DNA from: Leptogorgia sarmentosa
Taxonomy: Eukaryota
Assembly (NCBI GenBank): GCA_964658305.1
Contig: OZ210885.1
Span: 19,840,001-19,904,000 of the forward strand
DNA: 64,000 bases
Direction: 5' to 3'
The notes beneath the pieces were generated by a model. It was not told the origin of the DNA. It worked only from the letters and a program-made list of their open reading frames with translations, and did no database searches. Made by a program: the position numbers and the translations under genes. Shown one piece after another: positions 63,000 to 64,000 of this stretch (positions within the stretch are counted from its first letter, which is position 1; each line of letters starts with the position of its first letter).

Positions 63000-64000
63000 T
63001 ATTTTTAACTTTTATTTGAAAATCGCGTGTAAGATGTCGCTGTATTTAGCTTTGTTTTGTTATTTGAATATGAAGCGCTTCGCGCGATACCGCGCAGTGA
63101 CATCACAAGGTAAAACCGCTGTTTGATCGCATGCTCGCTCGCATGTATTCATGGCCGCCGCGAAATATGGAAAAGTTCACTTTTTTATTTCTCTGTTTCT
63201 CAAGTTGTATTTACTATGGGGACCTAAGATTTGGTACGGACGATAAGAAGTTTACTATCTTTCATTTGAACCTAAATTGTTCCGAACAATGACTTCCCCT
63301 TTAAGGTAAAATAAAAAATTATCATCCGTTGATGTTTTTTTTTAAATTTCCCATCCCCATCCCTTCGCTATTAGTTCATCAAAAGAACCAAATGTTTTCA
63401 TAGTGCATTTTCTACAGTATCACCGGTATTGATATCCCTATCATTTTGTACTGTTCCACATTCCTAGATATGATATGACAAAGCCTGAAAACTTCTACTG
63501 GGCAGATGACATAAAGAGGACACTAGATGACATCAGAGCATGCTGCCTAAAGCACCAATTTTCTTGTGAACGCCCTCCTTTAGTTAATATTCCCTTGGAC
63601 AACTTGGTGTTAGATGAGCTCCATTTGATGTTACGGATAACAGGTACTATATATTGTATAGTTATAGGCAGTTCATTGTTTGATGAACAGTATTTCTAAT
63701 ATTAGAGGGCAACTTAGAAGAAGCACCCTAATAAAGGATAGTTCAACTGTAATAGAGAGTATAATAATATATATTTTCTATTAGACAAACTAATTGGAAA
63801 TTTGGTTGATGAGGCGTTACAACGAGACAAAAGAGAAAATCTGAGAAAACGTCCATCTGACCAACAACAATTACATCTCGAAAACCTTGTGAAAGTAATT
63901 TGCAGTTGTGGCGTTTCCTTCTCAGTTTGGGAAAAGCGAGATGCTGATGGAAAAGGAAGCAATTCATACGATTTCACCAGTATGATGGGAACAGAGAAGA

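Larger units (their letters stand above)
60067..63300. mobile_element. Kolobok DNA transposon, 3234 bp
   Basis: 206-bp imperfect TIRs (60067-60272, 63095-63300) starting AGGGGAAGTCATTGTT. TTAA TSD at 60063-60066 and 63301-63304. THAP-DDE transposase plus a convergent second ORF. Confidence 0.92.
57997..64000 (+). pseudogene. Intron-rich transposase of the RAG1/Transib/CMC-like DDE group, interrupted by Kolobok, continuing beyond the window
   Basis: Exons 57997-59054 (frameshifted), 59297-59447, 59532-59695, 59988-60066(+63305), 63468-63643 and 63785-end splice in frame. Motifs [42 protein letters not shown]. Confidence 0.7.

Overview
This is AT-rich eukaryotic (animal) DNA with GT-AG introns. 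The repeat repertoire suggests a marine invertebrate, probably a cnidarian (inference). No clear host housekeeping gene is visible: the window is almost entirely nested transposable elements, many with terminal repeats and target-site duplications (TSDs) that can be read directly. (1) A degenerate P-element/THAP9-like gene is split by a 14-kb AcademH-type element (3987-17991; transposase plus convergent RecQ-like helicase). Its helicase is interrupted by an apparently intact 6-kb IS3EU-type element (10092-16137) that encodes a DDE integrase and a spliced HECT E3 ubiquitin ligase and itself carries a deleted Tc1/mariner element. (2) A Tc1 element is split by an 11.8-kb TIR element with an 8-bp TSD (20160-31993), which holds a full-length DIRS tyrosine-recombinase retrotransposon and hAT-like MITEs. 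(3) Gypsy, Penelope (with three hammerhead ribozymes), Kolobok, OTU-like/hAT and BEL/Pao remnants follow. (4) There is a second degenerate AcademH transposase and a full-length frameshifted hAT. (5) An intron-rich RAG1/Transib/CMC-like transposase gene is interrupted by a Kolobok element (60067-63300) and runs off the window end. All family assignments come from motif recognition by eye, not database searches.
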